From Octopus sinensis (lineage: Eukaryota): a stretch of 64,000 bases of DNA. Position numbers and translations under genes: made by a program. The DNA lies in NCBI RefSeq assembly GCF_006345805.1, contig NC_042997.1, positions 21,948,001 through 22,012,000 on the forward strand, written 5' to 3'. This document shows positions 26,764 to 39,959 of this stretch, in pieces (position 1 is the stretch's first letter; each line of letters opens with the position of its first letter). Below the pieces are notes generated by a model. It worked only from the letters and a program-made list of their open reading frames with translations. It was not told the origin of the DNA and made no database searches.

Positions 26764-27756
26764 GAAAGGTTTGGTTGCAATTTCTAGCACATCAATCAAT
26801 CACATACAGGCTCATTTACTCGCTCAATTTCCATACGGGCATCAGTCTAGACTAGTTTCAACTGAACATCGATAACATCGATCAAACCAAGTAAAGGTCA
26901 CTGACACCGCCGCTCATCCTTTCATTAATAATAATGAGAATTTTAATTAATCAATTGCTCTAATGTTCCAGAGTAAACGGTATGTCAGTTCTAGCTCTGA
27001 CAATGATGATCAATTCTAAAATCCAGAAATAATTAACTGCAGGAGTTGTTTCTCGGCGTGGTGTAGTGATTGTATTTGAAAATGTATATTTTGCACAAGT
27101 CACGATACTGTTTAGATCAGACAGTAAGTATAACTCTGAAACCACAGAGACATATCGTGTTTTCCCACTAGCATTAGTAACATACTTCAACAGGGATGTT
27201 GCAACTGGGAATCAAAACAGGGTCGTAACTTCCGCTCTAAAAGATGCAGCGACGGCAGTGCGGCGCCTGCAATCAAGTATAACACATGGAAACAAATAGA
27301 AGATAATAAGATTTCTGGTTTGTTAGAGAAATTCGAGAAAATATAAAAGGCATCAGATTTAAAGTGAATATATAAACTATAATCAAGAAATTTCAATAAA
27401 CATATCCCAGGAGTTTTCAATAACATAAATCCCAACTGTATACATAAGAACTGTACGAAATTATGTAAACACACGCATATGTGTGCATTACATACATTCA
27501 TGTTGGTACGAATATATATGTGCGCTTGCGTGTCTGTGTGTGTACATATATATGTATATATGTATGCATACGTATACATATATTATTCAGTTTTGCATCC
27601 ATACAGATTTTATACACAATCACACACACGTTTCACTGATAATTCTCTACCAATTCTCGGTGAAACGAAACAGTTATTTCTGTAAACCTTAGGTAATGAA
27701 AAAATATATAACATTCTACATCTTTCAGTATCGAATGCTTTATATTGTGTGCACGT

Positions 27757-27874
<118 letters not shown>

Positions 27875-28036
27875 AAATGTGTATATTGATTCCTCTTTAA
27901 TAAAATCAGCTGCCATATAAAAAGGAAGTGTAATTAAATCATAAGACAGAAAATAGTCATTTGTGGAACATGGCCCTTTCGGTACAGGTACTTGGATACT
28001 CATAGAATCATTTGAGAACATAGAGGGATCTCTCTC

Positions 28037-28069
<33 letters not shown>

Positions 28070-28071
<2 letters not shown>

Positions 28072-28418
28072 TAATAGTTATCGCCATACTAATATGGCAT
28101 TCTTATAAAAATAAGAATAAAGCTGTCCGCTTATTAGCTCCATGAGGCCATCGCCTTAAGTTAGCTATTTGATACACAAACTGTATCCATATAACCTTCG
28201 AACAAGGGAGGTCAGTCGCTCCACACTACTTGATCGACAGCTACAGACGCGTTTCGGGGTATTGCCCCTTTTCAATGTAGCGTAGTCAGACCAGTAGGTG
28301 TCGCTTCCGACAATCCCTAATAGCTAACTTAAGGCGATGGCCTCATGGAGCTAATAAGCGGACAGCTTTATTCTTATTTTTATAAGAATGCCATATTAGT
28401 ATGGCGATAACTATTAAT
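28070..28418. mobile_element. 349-bp fold-back element with perfect 100-bp inverted arms
   Basis: 28070-28169 is the exact reverse complement of 28319-28418. The 149-bp spacer contains an HHR. (TA)n lies on the left and again ~50 bp to the right. Confidence 0.9.
28236..28287 (-). ncRNA. Complete minimal type I hammerhead ribozyme, U3-A8 variant
   Basis: GAC-uac-GCUACA-UUGAAAA-GGGG-caaua-CCCC-GAA-ACGCGU-C-UGUAGC-u-GUC: 6-bp stem I, 4-bp G-C stem II, palindromic helix III, GUC cleavage triplet. Confidence 0.8.
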
Positions 28419-28476
28419 TTCCAGGAACGCTGCCGTGTTCTCTTTTAGAGAGACTTAGTAATTTTAATATTTCTAT

Positions 28477-28555
<79 letters not shown>

Positions 28556-28557
<2 letters not shown>

Positions 28558-28703
28558 CTCTTTTACTCTTTTACTCTTTTACTTGTTTCAGTCATTTGAC
28601 TGCGGCTATGCTGGAGCACCGCCTTTAATCGAGCAACTCGACCCCGGGACTTATTCTTTTGTAAGCCCGGTACTTATTCTATCGGTCTCTTTTGCCGAAC
28701 CGC

Positions 28704-28706
<3 letters not shown>
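28556..28706 (-). mobile_element. SINE family C, 3' fragment between (TA)n tracts
   Basis: Matches the 3' half of 51524-51944. Confidence 0.8.
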
Positions 28707-28749
<43 letters not shown>

Positions 28750-29495
28750 TACATGCATACATATATAAAGTGTACCCACGCTTATTCGCGGTTCGGTATT
28801 TGTGGTCCCGGTTATTCACGAAACTAATAATTGTTCGCTGAAACCACCGTATATTCGCGGAATTGCAGATATCGTCCGCGATATTTTATGGCATTTTTTT
28901 CATGGCAATATACGTTTTCACAGTTTTTAAGGCTAAATTATTAATAATAATATACCGTATTTACCGGCTTACTGGACGCCCCTTCGCAGCTGAAGTTCCC
29001 TCTGATTAGAACAGCCGCGCATCACGACGTTTGATTTTTAAAGTTCCAAGTACACTGTATCTTGTATCTCTTATTCCTGCTTTCAATCAAAGCTTCCTAA
29101 TTTGTATAGCGACATCATTTATACTTCACAGATAAACACACTCTCTCCCTCTTTCTCTGTATCTGTTTCTCAACAACACCAAACTCTCATTGTAGTGAAG
29201 GTATATATATATATATATATATAATAGTCACAAATCTATTACAGACAAGATAGGAAAAAATATCAGTGAACAATAATAATGTCGTACCTCAAATGGGTCA
29301 GAACAAGTAAATGCTGATCAACTCGGTACCGGTTTCGAAATTTAGCGCCACCTAGGCGCGTGATTTCTCATCACCCAAAGTCCGCCAATTAAATAACTAT
29401 TAACATTCTCCCCCATCATGCCTGCGAAAGGTCGTTTGAAGTGACCAAGCACCGTACGAACAAACGAAATGCGTAAAATTATTTATAAATAAATA

Positions 29496-29595
29496 TAGGG
29501 ATGGTATTATTAAAACACCATCACAAGTGGTAAGCGAATTATCAGCCGATAATTCCCTTACCACTTCTGATGGTATTTTAATAATACCATCCCTA
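29496..29595. other. 100-nt hairpin: 48-bp stem, 3 mismatches, 4-nt loop
   Basis: TAGGGATGGTATTATTAAAACACCATCACAAGTGGTAAGCGAATTATC-agcc-GATAATTCCCTTACCACTTCTGATGGTATTTTAATAATACCATCCCTA. Confidence 0.9.
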
Positions 29596-29824
29596 GTGTA
29601 TCGCACCAGCATTACTTGGGCTAGCGATGACAGATCAAACATATATACAACTCGAGACTGAACGTTAAATTTATACCAGCGCTTTTTTTCAATCATCGCT
29701 GCATTTGATCATACACTTTGTTTATTTCAACAGGATAATTTTCAAGGTAGTGCGCCAATTTCGCCTCATTGAAATTAGGTTACTTGCTGTTTCCCTCCCT
29801 CTCCTCCCCCTCTCTCTCTCTCTC

Positions 29825-29856
<32 letters not shown>

Positions 29857-30125
29857 GTATAAATCACTGTATCTACAGGTAACACAAGCTAAGTTTTTTC
29901 AAAATCATGATTATTTTAAGAATATATATGCGTGTGTGTGTGTGTGTTGTGTGTGTGTATGTTTAAGTAATTATATAATGCTTATATATATAGAGAGAGA
30001 GAAAGAGAGAGACACGTACATACATATATATATGTATTATATATATATATGTGTAGTGTGTTTATATGTATATATATATATATATATATACATATATATG
30101 CGTGCGTGTTTGTGTGTGTATATAT

Positions 30126-30522
30126 ACTCTTTTATTTGTTTCAGTCATTTGACTGTGGCTATGCTGGAGCACCGCTTTTAGTCGAGCAAATCGACCCCAG
30201 GACTTAATTCTTTGTAAGCCCAGTACTTATTCTATCGGTCTCTTTTGCCGAACCGCTAAGTTACGCTAAGTTACACATCAGCATAGGTTGTCAAGCGATG
30301 TTGGGGGGACAAACACAAACATATACACACACATACATATATATATATATACATATATACGACGGGCTTCTTTCAGTTTCCTTCTACCAAATCCACTCAC
30401 AAGGCTTTGGTCGGCCTGAGGCTATAGTAGAAGACACTTGCCCAAGGTGCCACGCAATGGGACTGAACCCGGAACCATGTGATTCGTAAGCAAGCTACTA
30501 GCCACACAGCCACTCCTACGCC
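30126..30522 (-). mobile_element. SINE family C copy
   Basis: Matches the family consensus. Confidence 0.85.
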
Positions 30523-30527
30523 TTATA

Positions 30528-30572
<45 letters not shown>

Positions 30573-30706
30573 GTATGTATATATATATATGTTATTTAGG
30601 AATAGTAGTCCCCTATTTATATATATATTATATATATTATAGGTGAATTTAATTTAATACTTACATGTATAAAAGAATTTAATTTAATACTTACTACTCA
30701 TTTCAC

Positions 30707-30800
30707 AGCTACACGTGTTTCTTGAGGTTCTATTACAGTTCCTTAAGCACGCAGTGTTTTACAGGAACCTTTCTTAAGATATAGCCCCAATCATCAGGCC
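30707..30800 (-). ncRNA. Type I hammerhead ribozyme with a 57-nt loop II
   Basis: GGC-CUGAUGA-UUGGGG-[57 nt]-CCUCAA-GAA-ACACGUGU-A-GCU. Canonical core, 6-bp stem II, palindromic helix III, GUA triplet. Proximal stem I is only 3 bp, with a possible distal UACUUA/UGAGUA extension. Confidence 0.65.
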
Positions 30801-30980
30801 TCTAAGTAACTTTATCATAATTCGATACCAAATACTATATTTTAATTTTAACAGATAAGTATGTGTATGTGTAAATAGATTCGCTGGACCTTACTATGCA
30901 AGCCATAATTTAAGGACCATGGTAGTCAACGGTAGTTTGTACATATACATGTAAGTATAAAAAATGATATATATATAATA

Positions 30981-31149
30981 TGCTTTGGGTAAACATTAAA
31001 AGTATAAAGAGAAGTAATATATAGTATTATACCATATATTTAAGTATCAAATTGATATAAGGGCAAATATATTTATAAAACTTTAATAAGGGTGTATAAA
31101 TAAGTGAAAATATAAAATAAAAATAACTTGGATAAAGTTATAGGCAATA

Positions 31150-31194
<45 letters not shown>

Positions 31195-31390
31195 TAATGT
31201 ATATATAAGTACTACAAGGTTAATTACTATTTACTGTTTATTTTTATACCTTTTAATGACTATCCAGAATATATTATATTTCTCCAATTTTTATAAATAT
31301 ATTTACCCTTATATTAATTTGATACTTAAATATACGGTCTATTACTACATATTACATGTCTTTATACATTGAATGTTTACCCAAAGCATA
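30981..31390. repeat. Diverged AT-rich inverted repeat around a (TA)n core
   Basis: 30981-31080 versus the reverse complement of ~31288-31390: about 10 mismatches in 100 by eye. Confidence 0.8.
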
Positions 31391-33951
31391 TTATATTATT
31401 TTTTAAACTTACTTCTCTAAACATACTACATTCCTCCCTTTATAAGGTTTATACCAAGTTTTTCTATAAAACAATATTCAGTTATACTAAATGCTCCACA
31501 CACTTAACACATAAAAATATAAAAATGTAATGATATATCTTTTTTCGACCCACGACGAGATTCAACTTTATTATGATTTAATTATTTTGATTAATTTTTA
31601 AAGTATGAATCGAAACAGCTGTCAGAGATTATGTCTATTTTTGTAATTAATATATATAATTATTGATTTATCTCTATTTTCTTATTTTCCTTAAATAAAT
31701 ATAAACCTCGGTTTATTTAATTACCTATTTTTGTATATTAAATCTAGTATTATGCACAATCGTCTCTGACTTTCTTTGTCACCTTAGTCTCAAAAATATT
31801 CACGATTCAATATTTTCTGCCACTTCCTCCCTTATTCCGTTAGCCTAAGACACGCGAGCTAATTTTTCACTAAGTCAAAAATTTAAATATTTGTGCTCAA
31901 ATTTTATTTATTTTCGTTTAACGTTACTGGGTCGTCCTCAGAACTATTTCTGGGAAACCTGGTGTCAGCAATCTTAATGGTAACTTGTCGAAATTGCCTT
32001 CATCTTCAGTCAACAGCTGACGAGATGACATAGTTTCCATCTTTGTAACTTGGCCTGTACGTTTTACCCGTTGTGTGTGCCTAATTTTCCTTTAAAATTT
32101 TATACGACTATTAAGTTTTGAGAAATTTTATGATTCATTTCTCTATAATGTATCTCTGCGTTGATTTGTAACGTGTATTACGCTAGTAATAATTTTTAAT
32201 ATTTATTTTCATATTTGTGGAATTCCATATAAAACAAGTTGACTGCAGTTTTATGTAGAATGCAGTCAACTGATATTTTTTTCTAATTTTATTTCGATTT
32301 ACTGTTTTATGATGAGTTGCTATGGCTTTCGAAAGTTTTGGAGTGTTTTTTCAAATGCCATGACGGAATAAACTAATGTGTTGGTAACGTCCACTTTGAA
32401 TGAGTACTTTTTGATTCCTATATGTCTTGCTCGTATGGTACCAGTGAACTCATCAGCACAATACACAATGTTTTATATCTTTATTTTTTTTGCAGATCAT
32501 TCGTATATCGGCTGTTGTCACTCGTATGCTCGTATGCAATATTTATGCAGTGTGAAGTTTTTATGAGTGCCGCGTAGGCATATTACAGGTGTTATTAAGA
32601 AGTTCGATTTATAACTAATTTCGGGATTAATTGCGCTGCTCGATACCTTACTTTGAAAGAACAGCTTCCTCCATACTCTGGGATCAACCAAAATCTTCTT
32701 ATTGAATGTCACATACGAAATTCTGTGAATTTTTCTTGGATGCTAAACTTAATACGTTGTCCTCACTATTTGGCACTAAAGTGCCTTTAACACTGTTGCA
32801 AGTATCCATGTTACTTTCCTGGTCTTCAGATAACTCCCTTCCTTCTTGAATGAAGGATCTGAAAAGAGTTATGATCCCCTACTCTTCTTTCTCTGCTGCA
32901 ATCATTATAAAATATTTCGATAAGTTTGCATGTAGTTGTAGATTAACGTTTTGTTGTTCTTGTTGACCGCTGCTGAAAATGGTGGCTTTTAAGATAATAG
33001 ACAATCACTGAAAAGGTATCTAATTCGCCAGAACTAAGACAAACATCACACAAAGAGGTCAGTGGATTAACATGTAAGCAAGAAAATCTTTAGATCAATG
33101 AAATTTGCGGGAATTAAGAAGATGGAAGGGATAATTTCGATGCCTATGTGAAAACTTGTTTTAATAGAAATATCGTGGAATTTTACAGGTATGATAGATT
33201 TATGATGCAGAGTTGTATGAATACACTTTCATCTGATGTCCTCAAAAACGAATAGTAACATTCAATAAACTCGAATTGAGGATAACAGCAGGAGCGAACT
33301 TAATTACGGTAGACATCATTGTATTTAGGCCTAACCTAAGTTAACCAAATCATCCCAATTATGACCAATGCCACCAAAAATATGCTTCATATTCATAATC
33401 CATTGATGTAAACAGTTGACCGGAAGGACTAATTTAATGAAATGTTAGTTATGAGGCTTGTTTACTTTATCTTTAATCGACATATTTCAGATCTACACAT
33501 AGGTGTACTGAGCACTTTAGTGCATCGAGCTCTACACTCTACAACGCTGGCCTTTGAAACACAGGTACTTCTCCTTTTCGCAAGCTGAGTGTCTTTGAGC
33601 GATGTTAAATAAAATGTCTTGCTCAAGGATACAACACGCCGCCAGATATCGAACTCATGGTCGTGAGCTGAATGAATACACTAACCACTGAGCTACATAT
33701 ATGTATATATGTATATATATATATGTATATATAATATATCCTTTTATCTTTTACTTGCTTCAGTCATTAGATTGCAGCTATGCTGAGGCACCACCTCGAA
33801 GAATTTTTTGTCGAATGACTAGACCCCAGTGCATTTCTTTCCTGATACCTATTCAATCGTTTTCTATATGTTTTCTTCAGGAACCTCATATTTTACCATT
33901 TATTAATGCCGCTTAAAAACTCAAGACCAAGTCATATTATTCATATGTGTG

Positions 33952-34130
<179 letters not shown>

Positions 34131-34696
34131 AATTTATAGTAGTGATCAAATATGATGGAGGGTGAGTAAAAGCGATAAAGAAGATAGTTGCCACTGTTAT
34201 CCCCAGCATCAGTGTTATATTAAAAGTCAAAGCGAGTGAAAAGTAATTGATAGGGCCATAGAGGTTATTTATTGTTGCCATATATTAGCTAAATGTGTCT
34301 TAACATAATTAATGTAGTGAACACCAAAATATTACTTAGAGTTACTTATGGGGCGAAAAAAAACATTAGAACTATTATATTATTTTAATGGTTTCACAAG
34401 GCCAACAAGGAGAGAAGGTAAGCTGATACCATCGACTCCAGAATTTGACTAGTATTTTATTTCCTTGACTCCGAAAGGATGAAAGTAGTTGACCTCGACA
34501 GGATTCGAACTTAAAGTGTAAAAAGCCGAAAAAAAAACCGCACGTCGTATTTTCCTAGGCTCTAATGACTCTACCATCGTACCGTCCATATTTTGATAAT
34601 TTCAACAATTATAGGTGACCACTCCGACGTATTTCGATCTTATTAAGATATCTTCAATGAAGCTTAGATCTCATCGTACTTATCGAAATAAAAAAA

Positions 34697-34987
34697 GGAG
34701 CACTCCGTCGGTTACGACGACGAGGGCCCAGCTGATACGATCAACGGAACAGCTTGCTCGTGAAATTAACGTGCAAGTGACTGAGCAATCCACAGACACG
34801 TGTACCCCTAACAGATTGTGACAATGCCGGCCCTTTGAAATACAGGTACAACTCATTTTTTTCCAGCTGAGTGGACTGGAGCAACGTGAAATAAAGTGTC
34901 TTACTCAAGGACACAACCCGTCGCCGGGAATTGAACTCACGACCTTACAATCGTGAGCCGAATGCCCTAACCACTAAGCCACGCACC
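34697..34987 (-). mobile_element. SINE family B (tRNA head; tail ending cgtaaccgacggagtgc)
   Basis: Near-identical to 55219-55534 and shares its tail with 56905-57280. Confidence 0.85.
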
Positions 34988-35679
34988 TTCACCCACTTAT
35001 CGAAATAGTGATGCATGTACCATTAAGTAAATGAATACAGTTCAACATAATTTAAAAAGTGAGATTAATTATTATTCATGGATGTCACAAGCATGTAAAA
35101 CGATGGTGTCCAGGTGCTGGTAAACAAACGTCTCTCAGTTGGAAGATTCTTCCTAGAACTGTAATCTAGGGAATTAATTATAACACGGTCTAAATAGTTC
35201 ATACAAATACCAATTAGATGTTTAAGCAGAACATCAAACATATCGTTCTCGTTGGTCTAGCAGAGCTTGAAAATATACTGAGCGCTTTCTCCTCTCCTCC
35301 GACTAAATAATTTTTTAAAAATTAAGACTTATAAATTAGATTTACTGGAATATATTTATCTATCCCCCAATACAACCAATTGCTTGACCTTTCGATGTCA
35401 GAGGTAAATATCAACTATGAGCTGATGAGAGCCGTTGATTTCGGAAGCTGAAGTAATGGAGTTGTGACGTATATTTCCTCTCCAAAGGCACTAGTAGGCA
35501 TTAGTAGTGTAATTGTTGCATTTAGGTGTAGCATCTGGGTTAGATTCTATACTTACCAGAAACATTTTCGGTATGGGATGTGTGAATAGTTTAAAAACAA
35601 AAATCCAAACCAATCATAGAAATATTTAAATCTTCACTTATAGAAAAAAAAAGTATTTGATCGGTGAATACACACACAC

Positions 35680-35750
<71 letters not shown>

Positions 35751-36724
35751 TATTTATTTCTGTATATGTATGTGAATATTATTGTTAAACTTCTTTGAAT
35801 GAATATCAACCGGATACCGTGATATTTTTCGCATGACAGATATGTAAATGAAATGGAAGTTCCGTAAAACGTAGAGTTTTGGGAAACAGGAAAGAAAGAC
35901 GCTAAAATAATGTTGGGTTTGATATATGCTGTGCGGTATTGTGAATACAATGCCTACGTTCAAAACGGAACATGGAAGCAGGGAAGCAGGAAAGCCACCC
36001 ACAATCGACCGCATTTTCCTTTCCAATACCACGTTCACCTTATCATCCACCAAATATTGCATTGCTCTCACCGAAGTAATTGTCAATTTTGTAATCCTTT
36101 TCGTCATCATTATCATCATCATTATCATCAACACCATCGTCGTTCTCGTCGTCATTACCATGATACGTTATTATCAACATCATCTATAGTAATATAATAA
36201 CGTGTATGTGCGTATAAATTAATATCGTTGCTGACAATGCATCCTAAACGCTAAGCTTCCTATTTATGACCATATGATACATTAGCCGTTAACCACTTGT
36301 GCACCTTCCACAAAACTCAAATGCGAATCAAATCGATTCATGTATTTAGGACAGAACTACTGTTAAACGTGCAAACATCTTGGATCGCGTCCAAAACAAG
36401 GTAATTCAAGTAATTGACAAATATTTACTCACAAGAAAGTCTGTCTGTCTGACTGATACACTATCCCTTTTGTCTCTTCTACTGCTAACCAGCTACCAGC
36501 ATTCCTTGTCAGTCCTGAGTCGCTCGTCACATTCCTTATTCTTTTCTTTAATCTCTATGTGCTATGTTTTCAAGGTAACGTACTTAACACTTCCTCCGAC
36601 CCATTCTGTCCCTATTTACTTCAGCCAGGGAGTTATTTTGTTACTTACAAATGCTGAAACTAAACATCAGTTACATGGATTGCACTAGGGTGGGAGAGCT
36701 TACAATATGCATTAACCCTTCTCT

Positions 36725-36935
36725 TTCTACTATAGATACAAGGCCCGAAATTTTTAAGGAGGGGGCTAATCGATTTACATCGACCCCAGTTTTCAACTGT
36801 TATTTATTTTATAGACTCCAAAAGGATGAACGGCAAGGTCGACCTTGGCTGTACTTGAGCTCAGGACAAAAATGCCGGAAGAAATTCTACTAAGCATTTT
36901 GTGCGGCACGCTAACGATTCCGCCAGCTCGCCTTC
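36725..36935 (-). mobile_element. SINE family A copy
   Basis: Matches the family consensus. Confidence 0.75.
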
Positions 36936-38463
36936 TTCCTTCTTACTGGTCATAAAAGAGGCAATCAACAGAAAGTTAGTGAACGTAAATGTACAACTAA
37001 AGTCATTAATTATCTTGACTCAAAATGAACATTAATTAACTTGACTCAAATCTAACGGTTTGTAACTTATCTAAAAATATATATTTCGGTGCAGTGCTTG
37101 TCAGGTAAATAACTTAGTTATAGAAGCAAAATATACAATCCTGTTTAATAGGGAAGAGAAATGTTTGAGCTTACGTATTCAATATTACAAAATTATTTGA
37201 AACTTTTTTTAATTATTTTATTGGTTGCAATTGTGTGACTCCTAAGATTCCCCGAAATGATGAAATACAGCGTAAAATTACAAATGCACACTCACACACA
37301 TACACATACACAAACTCAAACGCATTTTTGCCTTATTTCACCCTGACGAATTACACTTGCAGGCTTTCATCGACTCGTAGTTTATGGCACATGGAACTTT
37401 TACAATGTGCTGTGCAGTGGAATTGAACCTATATACACACAGTTGCAGGGCGATCTGTTTCATTGCACAACATCTCTGCTCTTATTGTAAGTTTTGAATT
37501 TGTAGAATCATTAAACCATTTGCCCTGATGCTTTGCTATACTTAGTTTCGGCTGAGTTCATATCCTCTCAAGCTCAACTTTACCTTTAATCCTTTCAGAA
37601 ATCAACAAAATAAAGAACCAGTCAAGTACTGGGGTCGACTGAGTCTTCTGTCTCGTTCACTTCAAAATTGATAGCCTTGTGTCTCAATTAGTAATCATTA
37701 ATCATACATTTACTTGTACAAATGTATTCAAACTAAGGCGCGTACCCAAGTACATAGGGTGTTAGGCTCGTAACTATAATCTCGTTGATTCAATTCTTGG
37801 ACCTAGCGGTACTTTATGATTTTAAGCAATGCACTTCGCTTCACATTGTTTCCACTCTTATCAGCTAAAAATGAATACCATTCGAGTACTGATGTACCTC
37901 TGTTTCTCTCCAGCTGTCATATCCCGAGTGAGCTGCTAGATCCAAGGGCGTGAAAATCGAGAAGATGCTCGCAACTACATAGATACGAAAAACAGTTACT
38001 GAAATCGTAGTTTATGTTACCTAGCCGTATTCTTTTGTAGGTAACGGCTGGTTCATAGATAAGTATTTTATAGAACACATGCTATCAGCTACAAAAGTAC
38101 ATATCTATGCAATTAGGTAAAAGTTAAGAGTATAGTTAGAGGATTTTCAAATAGTTGTTTTCAAGTATAATATTTCCTTTAGATATACTTAGCAACAATT
38201 TCAAGCAGTTTTATCAGTTGACAAACATCACTGTATGATTTGAAATACAGTTAATGTAACTTCGCCATACACTGAACTGCAAAAGAAACACGAGATGTGT
38301 GTGACTGTGAAATATGTTTTAATTTTATTTATGTCAGGGATAAATTTTGATGAATCTGATAAAGTCAATTTCTTGGATGCACTTTGGCTACAATCTAGGG
38401 GTCGTTGTCATGTGTTCTGGTAGTATGCGGATCCAACACATCAAGATTGTTGGGCGTGAGTGT

Positions 38464-39444
38464 TCAATACCGTGTATGCCCTCCCAGGGTGTTCAAAACA
38501 GCCATGCACCGTCGGTATATGAAGTGCATGAGGTGGTTCCCAAGACCCATTAGCACCTGTGCTCACACCCTGAGGAAAGCTGCCTCCAGTTCTACACGAA
38601 TTGTCGGCTTTGGGACCACCTGGTTCAGCCGTCTCTGGACTTCATCCCACAGGTGTTCAATTGTGTTCAAATCCGGGCTGAGATGTTGTCTGACGCAGGA
38701 AGTCCATGATGATCCTGACCGTATGGGAAGGAGCACTGTCCTGCTGGAACACGTGGCTATGGTGACGCGCGATGAAGGACAGGATGTGAGGTCTCAGGAT
38801 CTGGTGAACTTAATGATGCGCAGTGATGCCATTCCCTCTGCCTGCACCAACATTTTGGAACACATAGGGCCCAATTCTCTGATTTAGGCCTATAGCACCC
38901 CAAACCATGATACTTTGGCCACCCCACGTGTCACTCTCCATGACACATGCATCTCTGTAGCGTTCACCCCTCTATGCCACACCCTCACTCTGTCATCCGA
39001 GGTGGAAACGCAGTACCGACTCTCGTCAGAGAAGACTATCGACCTCCATTGTTGATGCCGCCAGTGTCGGTGCTGTGTAGCCCACTGTAGTTCTGACAGA
39101 CGGTGGCGGGCGGTGAGGTTGTTGGCGGCCAGTCGACATTGTACCGTGTCATCGTTGATGGATCGCTGTCCAATGCCAATCGTCTCGCAAGCTGTCACGC
39201 TGGCTGGTCTGAAGCGATCACGGAGGTGTTGAAGGTAAATGAAGCGGTCCTGCCTGGGCGTGGTCACTCGGGGGCGCCTTCTGCAGGCACGGTCTCCAGT
39301 GCTGTTGGTATTGTTGTAACGCTGTTGCAGGAAATACATGATGCTGACATAGACATTTTAAGCTTTCGCAAAAATCAGTACACGCTGCCCTGCTTGCAAT
39401 CGGCCGACAGCTTGTTCTCTCTGCACTGCTGAGAATCGGATCAT
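38464..39444 (-). pseudogene. Tc1 (DD34E) transposase pseudogene
   Basis: MIRFSAVQREQAVGRLQAG..*..RYNNTNSTGDR..RPRVTTPRQDR..WRSIVFSDESRY..GQSIMVWGAI..FQQDSAPSHT..PDLNTIEHLWDEVQRR..GGHTRY*. Contains in-frame stops and frameshifts. Confidence 0.9.
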
Positions 39445-39581
39445 ACCTGATGCGTCCAAATTATGAATTTACTTTACGCCAGCCGTAAAGGTCTAACACC
39501 GAAGGAATAACACAAAGACAGACAAGATACATATGTGGGGGGAAAACAAAAGCGGATGAGCAGATGAAAGTGACGAATGTA

Positions 39582-39722
39582 TAAGGTTGTCCCAAAAGTT
39601 CGTAGAAAGTCTTGGAAAATAATGGTCTTTATTTTGAGGAATACTTTTTGTTGTTTTTGTTAGTACTTGGCGAGTAAAAATTCAATTTTCGCAAGTGTTT
39701 ACGAACTTTTGGGACAACCTAA
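39582..39722. mobile_element. 141-bp mariner-type MITE
   Basis: 23-bp TIRs taaggttgtcccaaaagttcgta / tacgaacttttgggacaacctaa (22/23), with TA on both sides. Confidence 0.85.
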
Positions 39723-39959
39723 TATAATAGAATGACGGCCGCTCGAATCCCACACTTCGAGCGACGTCATTGAACCTTTTACAATTCGTTCTGAATTTCA
39801 AATTTTGTCCTTGTTTTTCTTTCTTTTTTTAAATAAATGTTAAGGTGGTGAAGGTTGGCGGCCTCCAGAGGTCCCTCATCCCTGGCGACCGCTTTACTAA
39901 CATCGCCTTACCAATTCTTTCCTTCTTTTATTAACAACAGTCTCTTTTTTTCTCAAAAC

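Noticed and set aside
26960-27190. Minus-strand ORF with a faint Ig-like look (NASGKTRYVSVVSEL...VTC)
   Set aside because: Only one Cys, an upstream in-frame stop and a weak donor. The resemblance could be chance.
27963-28008. HHR-like string on the minus strand (CUAUGA-GUA...UAC-C-GAAA-GGGCCAU)
   Set aside because: The core lacks G5, helix III does not close with A-U, and there is no convincing stem I. At most a decayed relic.
32424-32459. Minus-strand CUGAUGA-GUUC...GAGC
   Set aside because: Followed by AAGA rather than GAAA, with no helix III or cleavage triplet.
38405-39432. Plus-strand ORFs of 160 and 109 aa
   Set aside because: Antisense shadows of the Tc1 transposase pseudogene.
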